A DNA stretch of 64,000 nucleotides. It comes from Eledone cirrhosa (Eukaryota). The stretch is taken from the NCBI GenBank assembly GCA_964016885.1, contig OZ024740.1, positions 422,716,001 through 422,780,000 on the forward strand, written 5' to 3'. A program made the position numbers and the translations under genes. Numbering within the stretch: the stretch's first letter is position 1; the number at the start of each line of letters is the position of its first letter. Below are positions 41,301 through 56,300 of this stretch, in pieces. Under the pieces are notes generated by a model. That model did not search any database. It saw nothing but the letters and a program-made list of their open reading frames with translations, and was not told the DNA's origin.

Positions 41301-44300
41301 CATTCTTCTCTGCTAAAATGTATCACTAGAGCTGATTCCAATTTTCCCAGCCATCCATCTAATCTACGAAGGTATTTTAGCCTACATATTGTCGTTAATA
41401 TTATGATGTTCCCTGCTGTATTAGCGTTAAATTTTCCCTGCTGTATTAGCGATAAATTTTCGAGGGTTTCTCTTAGTAGTTTTTTCATGACGTTATTATT
41501 GTTAATTTTACTGATGTAGTATTAACTTATTAACTTGGATATTTACCATGCGGTATTCTAATCCTATTGTATCTCTCTCAGTTATTTACCATGCGACCCT
41601 CAGTTCCTACCCTACCCCCTCTCTATGCACTTCTTTAAGGCTTACTACCCTGTCTTTAACCTAATTCATTCAATCTGAAAATATTGAAGAGATAAGACAC
41701 TTTCCCATTCTTCTCTGCTAAATTGTATCACTAGAGCTGATTCCAATTTTCCCAGCCATCCATCTAATCTACGAAGGTATTTTAGCCTACATATTGTCGT
41801 TAATATTATGATGTTCCCTGCTGTATTAGCGTTAAATTTTCCCTGCTGTATTAGCGATAAATTTTCGAGGGTTTCTCTTAGTAGTTTTTTCATGGCGTTA
41901 TTATTGTTAATTTTACTGATGTAGTATTAACTTGGATATTTACCATGCGACCCTCAGTTCCTACCCCCCCCCCCTCTCTATGCACTTCTTTAAGGCTTAC
42001 TACCCTGTCTTTAACCTAATTCATTCAATCTGAAAATATTGAAGAGATAAGACACTTTCCCATTCTTCTCTGCTAAAATGTATCACTAGAGCTGATTCCA
42101 ATTTTCCCAGCCATCCATCTAATCCACGAAGGTATTTTAGCCTACATATTGTCGTTAATATTATGATGTTCCCTGCTGTATTAGCGTTAAATTTTCCATG
42201 CTGTATTAGCGATAAATTTTCGAGGGTTTCTCTTAGTAGTTTTTTCATGACGTTATTATTGTTAATTTTACTGATGTAGTATTAACTTATTAACTTGGAT
42301 ATTTACCATGCGACCCTCAGTTCCTACCCCCTCTCTATGCACTTCTTTAAGGCTTACTACCCTGTCTTTAACCTAATTCATTCAATCTGAAAATATTGAA
42401 GAGATAAGACACTTTCCCATTCTTCTCTGCTAAAATGTATCACTAGAGCTGATTCCAATTTTCCCAGCCATCCATCTAATCTACGAAGGTATTTTAGCCT
42501 ACATATTGTCGTTAATATTATGATGTTCCCTGCTGTATTAGCGTTAAATTTTCCCTGCTGTATTAGCGATAAATTTTCGAGGGTTTCTCTTAGTAGTTTT
42601 TTCATGACGTTATTATTGTTAATTTTACTGATGTAGTATTAACTTATTAACTTGGATATTTACCATGCGGTATTCTAATCCTATTGTATCTCTCTCAGTT
42701 ATTTACCATGCGACCCTCAGTTCCTACCCTACCCCCTCTCTATGCACTTCTTTAAGGCTTACTACCCTGTCTTTAACCTAATTCATTCAATCTGAAAATA
42801 TTGAAGAGATAAGACACTTTCCCATTCTTCTCTGCTAAAATGTATCACTAGAGCTGATTCCAATTTTCCCAGCCATCCATCTAATCTACGAAGGTATTTT
42901 AGCCTACATATTGTCGTTAATATTATGATGTTCCCTGCTGTATTAGCGTTAAATTTTCCCTGCTGTATTAGCGATAAATTTTCGAGGGTTTCTCTTAGTA
43001 GTTTTTTCATGGCGTTATTATTGTTAATTTTACTGATGTAGTATTAACTTGGATATTTACCATGCGACCCTCAGTTCCTACCCCCCCCCCCCTCTCTATG
43101 CACTTCTTTAAGGCTTACTACCCTGTCTTTAACCTAATTCATTCAATCTGAAAATATTGAAGAGATAAGACACTTTCCCATTCTTCTCTGCTAAAATGTA
43201 TCACTAGAGCTGATTCCAATTTTCCCAGCCATCCATCTAATCTACGAAGGTATTTTAGCCTACATATTGTCGTTAATATTATGATGTTCCCTGCTGTATT
43301 AGCGTTAAATTTTCCCTGCTGTATTAGCGATAAATTTTCGAGGGTTTCTCTTAGTAGTTTTTTCATGACGTTATTATTGTTAATTTTACTGATGTAGTAT
43401 TAACTTATTAACTTGGATATTTACCATGCGACCCTCAGTTCCTACCCCCTCTCTATGCACTTCTTTAAGGCTTACTACCCTGTCTTTAACCTAATTCATT
43501 CAATCTGAAAATATTGAAGAGATAAGACACTTTCCTATTCTTCTCTGCTAAAATGTATCACTAGAGCTGATTCCAATTTTCCCAGCCATCCATCTAATCT
43601 ACGAAGGTATTTTAGCCTACATATTGTCGTTAATATTATGATGTTCCCTGCTGTATTAGCGTTAAATTTTCCCTGCTGTATTAGCGATAAATTTTCGAGG
43701 GTTTCTCTTAGTAGTTTTTTCATGACGTTATTATTGTTAATTTTACTGATGTAGTATTAACTTATTAACTTGGATATTTACCATGCGGTATTCTAATCCT
43801 ATTGTATCTCTCTCAGTTATTTACCATGCGACCCTCAGTTCCTACCCTACCCCCTCTCTATGCACTTCTTTAAGGCTTACTACCCTGTCTTTAACCTAAT
43901 TCATTCAATCTGAAAATATTGAAGAGATAAGACACTTTCCCATTCTTCTCTGCTAAAATGTATCACTAGAGCTGATTCCAATTTTCCCAGCCATCCATCT
44001 AATCTACGAAGGTATTTTAGCCTACATATTGTCGTTAATATTATGATGTTCCCTGCTGTATTAGCGTTAAATTTTCCCTGCTGTATTAGCGATAAATTTT
44101 CGAAGGTTTCTCTTAGTAGTTTTTTCATGACGTTATTATTGTTAATTTTACTGATGTAGTATTAACTTGGATATTTACCATGCGACTCTCAGTTCCTAAC
44201 CCCCCCCCCCTCTCTATGCACTTCTTTAAGGCTTACTACCCTGTCTTTAACCTAATTCATTCAATCTGAAAATATTGAAGAGATAAGACACTTTCCCATT

Positions 44301-47300
44301 CTTCTCTGCTAAAATGTATCACTAGAGCTGATTCCAATTTTCCCAGCCATCCATCTAATCTACGAAGGTATTTTAGCCTACATATTGTCGTTAATATTAT
44401 GATGTTCCCTGCTGTATTAGCGTTAAATTTTCCCTGCTGTATTAGCGATAAATTTTCGAGGGTTTCTCTTAGTAGTTTTTTCATGACGTTATTATTGTTA
44501 ATTTTACTGATGTAGTATTAACTTATTAACTTGGATATTTACCATGCGGTATTCTAATCCTATTGTATCTCTCTCAGTTATTTACCATGCGACCCTCAGT
44601 TCCTACCCTACCCCCTCTCTATGCACTTCTTTAAGGCTTACTACCCTGTTTTTAACCTAATTCATTCAATCTGAAAATATTGAAGAGATAAGACACTTTC
44701 CCATTCTTCTCTGCTAAAATGTATCACTAGAGCTGATTCCAATTTTCCCAGCCATCCATCTAATCTACGAAGGTATTTTAGCCTACATATTGTCGTTAAT
44801 ATTATGATGTTCCCTGCTGTATTAGCGTTAAATTTTCCCTGCTGTATTAGCGATAAATTTTCGAGGGTTTCTCTTAGTAGTTTTTTCATGACGTTATTAT
44901 TGTTAATTTTACTGATGTAGTATTAACTTGGATATTTACCATGCGACTCTCAGTTCCTACCCCCCCCCCCTCTCTCTCTCTCTATGCACTTCTTTAAGGC
45001 TTACTACCCTGTCTTTAACCTAATTCATTCAATCTGAAAATATTGAAGAGATAAGACACTTTCCCATTCTTCTCTGCTAAAATGTATCACTAGAGCTGAT
45101 TCCAATTTTCCCAGCCATCCATCTAATCTACGAAGGTATTTTAGCCTACATATTGTCGTTAATATTATGATGTTCCCTGCTGTATTAGCGTTAAATTTTC
45201 CCTGCTGTATTAGCGATAAATTTTCGAGGGTTTCTCTTAGTAGTTTTTTCATGACGTTATTATTGTTAATTTTACTGATGTAGTATTAACTTGGATATTT
45301 ACCATGCGACTCTCAGTTCCTACCCCCCCCCCTCTCTATGCACTTCTTTAAGGCTTACTACCCTGTCTTTAACCTAATTCATTCAATCTGAAAATATTGA
45401 AGAGATAAGACACTTTCCCATTCTTCTCTGCTAAAATGTATCACTAGAGCTGATTCCAATTTTCCCAGCCATCCATCTAATCTACGAAGGTATTTTAGCC
45501 TACATATTGTCGTTAATATTATGATGTTCCCTGCTGTATTAGCGTTAAATTTTCCCTGCTGTATTAGCGATAAATTTTCGAGGGTTTCTCTTAGTAGTTT
45601 TTTCATGACGTTATTATTGTTAATTTTACTGATGTAGTATTAACTTATTAACTTGGATATTTACCATGCGGTATTCTAATCCTATTGTATCTCTCTCAGT
45701 TATTTACCATGCGACCCTCAGTTCCTACCCCCCCCCCCTCTCTATGCACTTCTTTAAGGCTTACTACCGTGTCTTTAACCTAATTCATTCAATCTGAAAA
45801 TATTGAAGAGATAAGACACTTTCCCATTCTTCTCTGCTAAAATGTATCACTAGAGCTGATTCCAATTTTCCCAGCCATCCATCTAATCTACGAAGGTATT
45901 TTAGCCTACATATTGTCGTTAATATTATGATGTTCCCTGCTGTATTAGCGTTAAATTTTCCCTGCTGTATTAGCGATAAATTTTCGAGGGTTTCTCTTAG
46001 TAGTTTTTTCATGACGTTATTATTGTTAATTTTACTGATGTAGTATTAACTTGGATATTTACCATGCGACTCTCAGTTCCTACCCCCCCCCCCCTCTCTA
46101 TGCACTTCTTTAAGGCTTACTACCCTGTCTTTAACCTAATTCATTCAATCTGAAAATATTGAAGAGATAAGACACTTTCCCATTCTTCTCTGCTAAATTG
46201 TATCACTAGAGCTGATTCCAATTTTCCCAGCCATCCATCTAATCTACGAAGGTATTTTAGCCTACATATTGTCGTTAATATTATGATGTTCCCTGCTGTA
46301 TTAGCGTTAAATTTTCCCTGCTGTATTAGCGATAAATTTTCGAGGGTTTCTCTTAGTAGTTTTTTCATGACGTTATTATTGTTAATTTTACTGATGTAGT
46401 ATTAACTTATTAACTTGGATATTTACCATGCGGTATTCTAATCCTATTGTATCTCTCTCAGTTATTTACCATGCGACCCTCAGTTCCTACCCTACCCCCT
46501 CTCTATGCACTTCTTTAAGGCTTACTACCCTGTCTTTAACCTAATTCATTCAATCTGAAAATATTGAAGAGATAAGACACTTTCCCATTCTTCTCTGCTA
46601 AAATGTATCACTAGAGCTGATTCCAATTTTCCCAGCCATCCATCTAATCTACGAAGGTATTTTAGCCTACATATTGTCGTTAATATTATGATGTTCCCTG
46701 CTGTATTAGCGTTAAATTTTCCCTGCTGTATTAGCGATAAATTTTCGAGGGTTTCTCTTAGTAGTTTTTTCATGGCGTTATTATTGTTAATTTTACTGAT
46801 GTAGTATTAACTTGGATATTTACCATGCGACCCTCAGTTCCTACCCCCCCCCTCTCTATGCACTTCTTTAAGGCTTACTACCCTGTCTTTAACCTAATTC
46901 ATTCAATCTGAAAATATTGAAGAGATAAGACACTTTCCCATTCTTCTCTGCTAAAATGTATCACTAGAGCTGATTCCAATTTTCCCAGCCATCCATCTAA
47001 TCTACGAAGGTATTTTAGCCTACATATTGTCGTTAATATTATGATGTTCCCTGCTGTATTAGCGTTAAATTTTCCCTGCTGTATTAGCGATAAATTTTCG
47101 AGGGTTTCTCTTAGTAGTTTTTTCATGACGTTATTATTGTTAATTTTACTGATGTAGTATTAACTTATTAACTTGGATATTTACCATGCGACCCTCAGTT
47201 CCTACCCCCTCTCTATGCACTTCTTTAAGGCTTACTACCCTGTCTTTAACCTAATTCATTCAATCTGAAAATATTGAAGAGATAAGACACTTTCCCATTC

Positions 47301-50300
47301 TTCTCTGCTAAAATGTATCACTAGAGCTGATTCCAATTTTCCCAGCCATCCATCTAATCTACGAAGGTATTTTAGCCTACATATTGTCGTTAATATTATG
47401 ATGTTCCCTGCTGTATTAGCGTTAAATTTTCCCTGCTGTATTAGCGATAAATTTTCGAGGGTTTCTCTTAGTAGTTTTTTCATGACGTTATTATTGTTAA
47501 TTTTACTGATGTAGTATTAACTTATTAACTTGGATATTTACCATGCGGTATTCTAATCCTATTGTATCTCTCTCAGTTATTTACCATGCGACCCTCAGTT
47601 CCTACCCTACCCCCTCTCTATGCACTTCTTTAAGGCTTACTACCCTGTCTTTAACCTAATTCATTCAATCTGAAAATATTGAAGAGATAAGACACTTTCC
47701 CATTCTTCTCTGCTAAAATGTATCACTAGAGCTGATTCCAATTTTCCCAGCCATCCATCTAATCTACGAAGGTATTTTAGCCTACATATTGTCGTTAATA
47801 TTATGATGTTCCCTGCTGTATTAGCGTTAAATTTTCCCTGCTGTATTAGCGATAAATTTTCGAGGGTTTCTCTTAGTAGTTTTTTCATGGCGTTATTATT
47901 GTTAATTTTACTGATGTAGTATTAACTTGGATATTTACCATGCGACCCTCAGTTCCTACTCCCCCCTCTCTATGCACTTCTTTAAGGCTTACTACCCTGT
48001 CTTTAACCTAATTCATTCAATCTGAAAATATTGAAGAGATAAGACACTTTCCCATTCTTCTCTGCTAAAATGTATCACTAGAGCTGATTCCAATTTTCCC
48101 AGCCATCCATCTAATCTACGAAGGTATTTTAGCCTACATATTGTCGTTAATATTATGATGTTCCCTGCTGTATTAGCGTTAAATTTTCCCTGCTGTATTA
48201 GCGATAAATTTTCGAGGGTTTCTCTTAGTAGTTTTTTCATGACGTTATTATTGTTAATTTTACTGATGTAGTATTAACTTATTAACTTGGATATTTACCA
48301 TGCGACCCTCAGTTCCTACCCCCTCTCTATGCACTTCTTTAAGGCTTACTACCCTGTCTTTAACCTAATTCATTCAATCTGAAAATATTGAAGAGATAAG
48401 ACACTTTCCTATTCTTCTCTGCTAAAATGTATCACTAGAGCTGATTCCAATTTTCCCAGCCATCCATCTAATCTACGAAGGTATTTTAGCCTACATATTG
48501 TCGTTAATATTATGATGTTCCCTGCTGTATTAGCGTTAAATTTTCCCTGCTGTATTAGCGATAAATTTTCGAGGGTTTCTCTTAGTAGTTTTTTCATGAC
48601 GTTATTATTGTTAATTTTACTGATGTAGTATTAACTTATTAACTTGGATATTTACCATGCGGTATTCTAATCCTATTGTATCTCTCTCAGTTATTTACCA
48701 TGCGACCCTCAGTTCCTACCCTACCCCCTCTCTATGCACTTCTTTAAGGCTTACTACCCTGTCTTTAACCTAATTCATTCAATCTGAAAATATTGAAGAG
48801 ATAAGACACTTTCCCATTCTTCTCTGCTAAAATGTATCACTAGAGCTGATTCCAATTTTCCCAGCCATCCATCTAATCTACGAAGGTATTTTAGCCTACA
48901 TATTGTCGTTAATATTATGATGTTCCCTGCTGTATTAGCGTTAAATTTTCCCTGCTGTATTAGCGATAAATTTTCGAAGGTTTCTCTTAGTAGTTTTTTC
49001 ATGACGTTATTATTGTTAATTTTACTGATGTAGTATTAACTTGGATATTTACCATGCGACTCTCAGTTCCTAACCCCCCCCCCCTCTCTATGCACTTCTT
49101 TAAGGCTTACTACCCTGTCTTTAACCTAATTCATTCAATCTGAAAATATTGAAGAGATAAGACACTTTCCCATTCTTCTCTGCTAAAATGTATCACTAGA
49201 GCTGATTCCAATTTTCCCAGCCATCCATCTAATCTACGAAGGTATTTTAGCCTACATATTGTCGTTAATATTATGATGTTCCCTGCTGTATTAGCGTTAA
49301 ATTTTCCCTGCTGTATTAGCGATAAATTTTCGAGGGTTTCTCTTAGTAGTTTTTTCATGACGTTATTATTGTTAATTTTACTGATGTAGTATTAACTTAT
49401 TAACTTGGATATTTACCATGCGGTATTCTAATCCTATTGTATCTCTCTCAGTTATTTACCATGCGACCCTCAGTTCCTACCCTACCCCCTCTCTATGCAC
49501 TTCTTTAAGGCTTACTACCCTGTCTTTAACCTAATTCATTCAATCTGAAAATATTGAAGAGATAAGACACTTTCCCATTCTTCTCTGCTAAAATGTATCA
49601 CTAGAGCTGATTCCAATTTTCCCAGCCATCCATCTAATCTACGAAGGTATTTTAGCCTACATATTGTCGTTAATATTATGATGTTCCCTGCTGTATTAGC
49701 GTTAAATTTTCCCTGCTGTATTAGCGATAAATTTTCGAGGGTTTCTCTTAGTAGTTTTTTCATGACGTTATTATTGTTAATTTTACTGATGTAGTATTAA
49801 CTTGGATATTTACCATGCGACTCTCAGTTCCTACCCCCCCCCCTCTCTATGCACTTCTTTAAGGCTTACTACCCTGTCTTTAACCTAATTCATTCAATCT
49901 GAAAATATTGAAGAGATAAGACACTTTCCCATTCTTCTCTGCTAAAATGTATCACTAGAGCTGATTCCAATTTTCCCAGCCATCCATCTAATCTACGAAG
50001 GTATTTTAGCCTACATATTGTCGTTAATATTATGATGTTCCCTGCTGTATTAGCGTTAAATTTTCCCTGCTGTATTAGCGATAAATTTTCGAGGGTTTCT
50101 CTTAGTAGTTTTTTCATGACGTTATTATTGTTAATTTTACTGATGTAGTATTAACTTATTAACTTGGATATTTACCATGCGGTATTCTAATCCTATTGTA
50201 TCTCTCTCAGTTATTTACCATGCGACCCTCAGTTCCTACCCCCCCCCCTCTCTATGCACTTCTTTAAGGCTTACTACCGTGTCTTTAACCTAATTCATTC

Positions 50301-53300
50301 AATCTGAAAATATTGAAGAGATAAGACACTTTCCCATTCTTCTCTGCTAAAATGTATCACTAGAGCTGATTCCAATTTTCCCAGCCATCCATCTAATCTA
50401 CGAAGGTATTTTAGCCTACATATTGTCGTTAATATTATGATGTTCCCTGCTGTATTAGCGTTAAATTTTCCCTGCTGTATTAGCGATAAATTTTCGAGGG
50501 TTTCTCTTAGTAGTTTTTTCATGACGTTATTATTGTTAATTTTACTGATGTAGTATTAACTTGGATATTTACCATGCGACTCTCAGTTCCTACCCCCCCC
50601 CCCCCCTCTCTATACACTTCTTTAAGGCTTACTACCCTGTCTTTAACCTAATTCATTCAATCTGAAAATATTGAAGAGATAAGACACTTTCCCATTCTTC
50701 TCTGCTAAATTGTATCACTAGAGCTGATTCCAATTTTCCCAGCCATCCATCTAATCTACGAAGGTATTTTAGCCTACATATTGTCGTTAATATTATGATG
50801 TTCCCTGCTGTATTAGCGTTAAATTTTCCCTGCTGTATTAGCGATAAATTTTCGAGGGTTTCTCTTAGTAGTTTTTTCATGACGTTATTATTGTTAATTT
50901 TACTGATGTAGTATTAACTTATTAACTTGGATATTTACCATGCGGTATTCTAATCCTATTGTATCTCTCTCAGTTATTTACCATGCGACCCTCAGTTCCT
51001 ACCCTACCCCCTCTCTATGCACTTCTTTAAGGCTTACTACCCTGTCTTTAACCTAATTCATTCAATCTGAAAATATTGAAGAGATAAGACACTTTCCCAT
51101 TCTTCTCTGCTAAAATGTATCACTAGAGCTGATTCCAATTTTCCCAGCCATCCATCTAATCTACGAAGGTATTTTAGCCTACATATTGTCGTTAATATTA
51201 TGATGTTCCCTGCTGTATTAGCGTTAAATTTTCCCTGCTGTATTAGCGATAAATTTTCGAGGGTTTCTCTTAGTAGTTTTTTCATGGCGTTATTATTGTT
51301 AATTTTACTGATGTAGTATTAACTTGGATATTTACCATGCGACCCTCAGTTCCTACCCCCCCCCCCCCCTCTCTATGCACTTCTTTAAGGCTTACTACCC
51401 TGTCTTTAACCTAATTCATTCAATCTGAAAATATTGAAGAGATAAGACACTTTCCCATTCTTCTCTGCTAAAATGTATCACTAGAGCTGATTCCAATTTT
51501 CCCAGCCATCCATCTAATCTACGAAGGTATTTTAGCCTACATATTGTCGTTAATATTATGATGTTCCCTGCTGTATTAGCGTTAAATTTTCCCTGCTGTA
51601 TTAGCGATAAATTTTCGAGGGTTTCTCTTAGTAGTTTTTTCATGACGTTATTATTGTTAATTTTACTGATGTAGTATTAACTTATTAACTTGGATATTTA
51701 CCATGCGACCCTCAGTTCCTACCCCCTCTCTATGCACTTCTTTAAGGCTTACTACCCTGTCTTTAACCTAATTCATTCAATCTGAAAATATTGAAGAGAT
51801 AAGACACTTTCCCATTCTTCTCTGCTAAAATGTATCACTAGAGCTGATTCCAATTTTCCCAGCCATCCATCTAATCTACGAAGGTATTTTAGCCTACATA
51901 TTGTCGTTAATATTATGATGTTCCCTGCTGTATTAGCGTTAAATTTTCCCTGCTGTATTAGCGATAAATTTTCGAGGGTTTCTCTTAGTAGTTTTTTCAT
52001 GACGTTATTATTGTTAATTTTACTGATGTAGTATTAACTTATTAACTTGGATATTTACCATGCGGTATTCTAATCCTATTGTATCTCTCTCAGTTATTTA
52101 CCATGCGACCCTCAGTTCCTACCCTACCCCCTCTCTATGCACTTCTTTAAGGCTTACTACCCTGTCTTTAACCTAATTCATTCAATCTGAAAATATTGAA
52201 GAGATAAGACACTTTCCCATTCTTCTCTGCTAAAATGTATCACTAGAGCTGATTCCAATTTTCCCAGCCATCCATCTAATCTACGAAGGTATTTTAGCCT
52301 ACATATTGTCGTTAATATTATGATGTTCCCTGCTGTATTAGCGTTAAATTTTCCCTGCTGTATTAGCGATAAATTTTCGAGGGTTTCTCTTAGTAGTTTT
52401 TTCATGGCGTTATTATTGTTAATTTTACTGATGTAGTATTAACTTGGATATTTACCATGCGACCCTCAGTTCCTACTCCCCCCTCTCTATGCACTTCTTT
52501 AAGGCTTACTACCCTGTCTTTAACCTAATTCATTCAATCTGAAAATATTGAAGAGATAAGACACTTTCCCATTCTTCTCTGCTAAAATGTATCACTAGAG
52601 CTGATTCCAATTTTCCCAGCCATCCATCTAATCTACGAAGGTATTTTAGCCTACATATTGTCGTTAATATTATGATGTTCCCTGCTGTATTAGCGTTAAA
52701 TTTTCCCTGCTGTATTAGCGATAAATTTTCGAGGGTTTCTCTTAGTAGTTTTTTCATGACGTTATTATTGTTAATTTTACTGATGTAGTATTAACTTATT
52801 AACTTGGATATTTACCATGCGACCCTCAGTTCCTACCCCCTCTCTATGCACTTCTTTAAGGCTTACTACCCTGTCTTTAACCTAATTCATTCAATCTGAA
52901 AATATTGAAGAGATAAGACACTTTCCTATTCTTCTCTGCTAAAATGTATCACTAGAGCTGATTCCAATTTTCCCAGCCATCCATCTAATCTACGAAGGTA
53001 TTTTAGCCTACATATTGTCGTTAATATTATGATGTTCCCTGCTGTATTAGCGTTAAATTTTCCCTGCTGTATTAGCGATAAATTTTCGAGGGTTTCTCTT
53101 AGTAGTTTTTTCATGACGTTATTATTGTTAATTTTACTGATGTAGTATTAACTTGGATATTTACCATGCGACTCTCAGTTCCTAACCCCCCCCCCCCTCT
53201 CTATGCACTTCTTTAAGGCTTACTACCCTGTCTTTAACCTAATTCATTCAATCTGAAAATATTGAAGAGATAAGACACTTTCCCATTCTTCTCTGCTAAA

Positions 53301-56300
53301 ATGTATCACTAGAGCTGATTCCAATTTTCCCAGCCATCCATCTAATCTACGAAGGTATTTTAGCCTACATATTGTCGTTAATATTATGATGTTCCCTGCT
53401 GTATTAGCGTTAAATTTTCCCTGCTGTATTAGCGATAAATTTTCGAGGGTTTCTCTTAGTAGTTTTTTCATGACGTTATTATTGTTAATTTTACTGATGT
53501 AGTATTAACTTATTAACTTGGATATTTACCATGCGGTATTCTAATCCTATTGTATCTCTCTCAGTTATTTACCATGCGACCCTCAGTTCCTACCCTACCC
53601 CCTCTCTATGCACTTCTTTAAGGCTTACTACCCTGTTTTTAACCTAATTCATTCAATCTGAAAATATTGAAGAGATAAGACACTTTCCCATTCTTCTCTG
53701 CTAAAATGTATCACTAGAGCTGATTCCAATTTTCCCAGCCATCCATCTAATCTACGAAGGTATTTTAGCCTACATATTGTCGTTAATATTATGATGTTCC
53801 CTGCTGTATTAGCGTTAAATTTTCCCTGCTGTATTAGCGATAAATTTTCGAGGGTTTCTCTTAGTAGTTTTTTCATGACGTTATTATTGTTAATTTTACT
53901 GATGTAGTATTAACTTGGATATTTACCATGCGACTCTCAGTTCCTACCCCCCCCCCCCTCTCTCTCTCTCTATGCACTTCTTTAAGGCTTACTACCCTGT
54001 CTTTAACCTAATTCATTCAATCTGAAAATATTGAAGAGATAAGACACTTTCCCATTCTTCTCTGCTAAAATGTATCACTAGAGCTGATTCCAATTTTCCC
54101 AGCCATCCATCTAATCTACGAAGGTATTTTAGCCTACATATTGTCGTTAATATTATGATGTTCCCTGCTGTATTAGCGTTAAATTTTCCCTGCTGTATTA
54201 GCGATAAATTTTCGAGGGTTTCTCTTAGTAGTTTTTTCATGACGTTATTATTGTTAATTTTACTGATGTAGTATTAACTTGGATATTTACCATGCGACTC
54301 TCAGTTCCTACCCCCCCCCCTCTCTATGCACTTCTTTAAGGCTTACTACCCTGTCTTTAACCTAATTCATTCAATCTGAAAATATTGAAGAGATAAGACA
54401 CTTTCCCATTCTTCTCTGCTAAAATGTATCACTAGAGCTGATTCCAATTTTCCCAGCCATCCATCTAATCTACGAAGGTATTTTAGCCTACATATTGTCG
54501 TTAATATTATGATGTTCCCTGCTGTATTAGCGTTAAATTTTCCCTGCTGTATTAGCGATAAATTTTCGAGGGTTTCTCTTAGTAGTTTTTTCATGACGTT
54601 ATTATTGTTAATTTTACTGATGTAGTATTAACTTATTAACTTGGATATTTACCATGCGGTATTCTAATCCTATTGTATCTCTCTCAGTTATTTACCATGC
54701 GACCCTCAGTTCCTACCCCCCCCCCTCTCTATGCACTTCTTTAAGGCTTACTACCGTGTCTTTAACCTAATTCATTCAATCTGAAAATATTGAAGAGATA
54801 AGACACTTTCCCATTCTTCTCTGCTAAAATGTATCACTAGAGCTGATTCCAATTTTCCCAGCCATCCATCTAATCTACGAAGGTATTTTAGCCTACATAT
54901 TGTCGTTAATATTATGATGTTCCCTGCTGTATTAGCGTTAAATTTTCCCTGCTGTATTAGCGATAAATTTTCGAGGGTTTCTCTTAGTAGTTTTTTCATG
55001 ACGTTATTATTGTTAATTTTACTGATGTAGTATTAACTTGGATATTTACCATGCGACTCTCAGTTCCTACCCCCCCCCCCTCTCTATGCACTTCTTTAAG
55101 GCTTACTACCCTGTCTTTAACCTAATTCATTCAATCTGAAAATATTGAAGAGATAAGACACTTTCCCATTCTTCTCTGCTAAATTGTATCACTAGAGCTG
55201 ATTCCAATTTTCCCAGCCATCCATCTAATCTACGAAGGTATTTTAGCCTACATATTGTCGTTAATATTATGATGTTCCCTGCTGTATTAGCGTTAAATTT
55301 TCCCTGCTGTATTAGCGATAAATTTTCGAGGGTTTCTCTTAGTAGTTTTTTTCATGACGTTATTATTGTTAATTTTACTGATGTAGTATTAACTTATTAA
55401 CTTGGATATTTACCATGCGGTATTCTAATCCTATTGTATCTCTCTCAGTTATTTACCATGCGACCCTCAGTTCCTACCCTACCCCCTCTCTATGCACTTC
55501 TTTAAGGCTTACTACCCTGTCTTTAACCTAATTCATTCAATCTGAAAATATTGAAGAGATAAGACACTTTCCCATTCTTCTCTGCTAAAATGTATCACTA
55601 GAGCTGATTCCAATTTTCCCAGCCATCCATCTAATCTACGAAGGTATTTTAGCCTACATATTGTCGTTAATATTATGATGTTCCCTGCTGTATTAGCGTT
55701 AAATTTTCCCTGCTGTATTAGCGATAAATTTTCGAGGGTTTCTCTTAGTAGTTTTTTCATGGCGTTATTATTGTTAATTTTACTGATGTAGTATTAACTT
55801 GGATATTTACCATGCGACCCTCAGTTCCTACCCCCCCCCTCTCTATGCACTTCTTTAAGGCTTACTACCCTGTCTTTAACCTAATTCATTCAATCTGAAA
55901 ATATTGAAGAGATAAGACACTTTCCCATTCTTCTCTGCTAAAATGTATCACTAGAGCTGATTCCAATTTTCCCAGCCATCCATCTAATCTACGAAGGTAT
56001 TTTAGCCTACATATTGTCGTTAATATTATGATGTTCCCTGCTGTATTAGCGTTAAATTTTCCCTGCTGTATTAGCGATAAATTTTCGAGGGTTTCTCTTA
56101 GTAGTTTTTTCATGACGTTATTATTGTTAATTTTACTGATGTAGTATTAACTTATTAACTTGGATATTTACCATGCGACCCTCAGTTCCTACCCCCTCTC
56201 TATGCACTTCTTTAAGGCTTACTACCCTGTCTTTAACCTAATTCATTCAATCTGAAAATATTGAAGAGATAAGACACTTTCCCATTCTTCTCTGCTAAAA

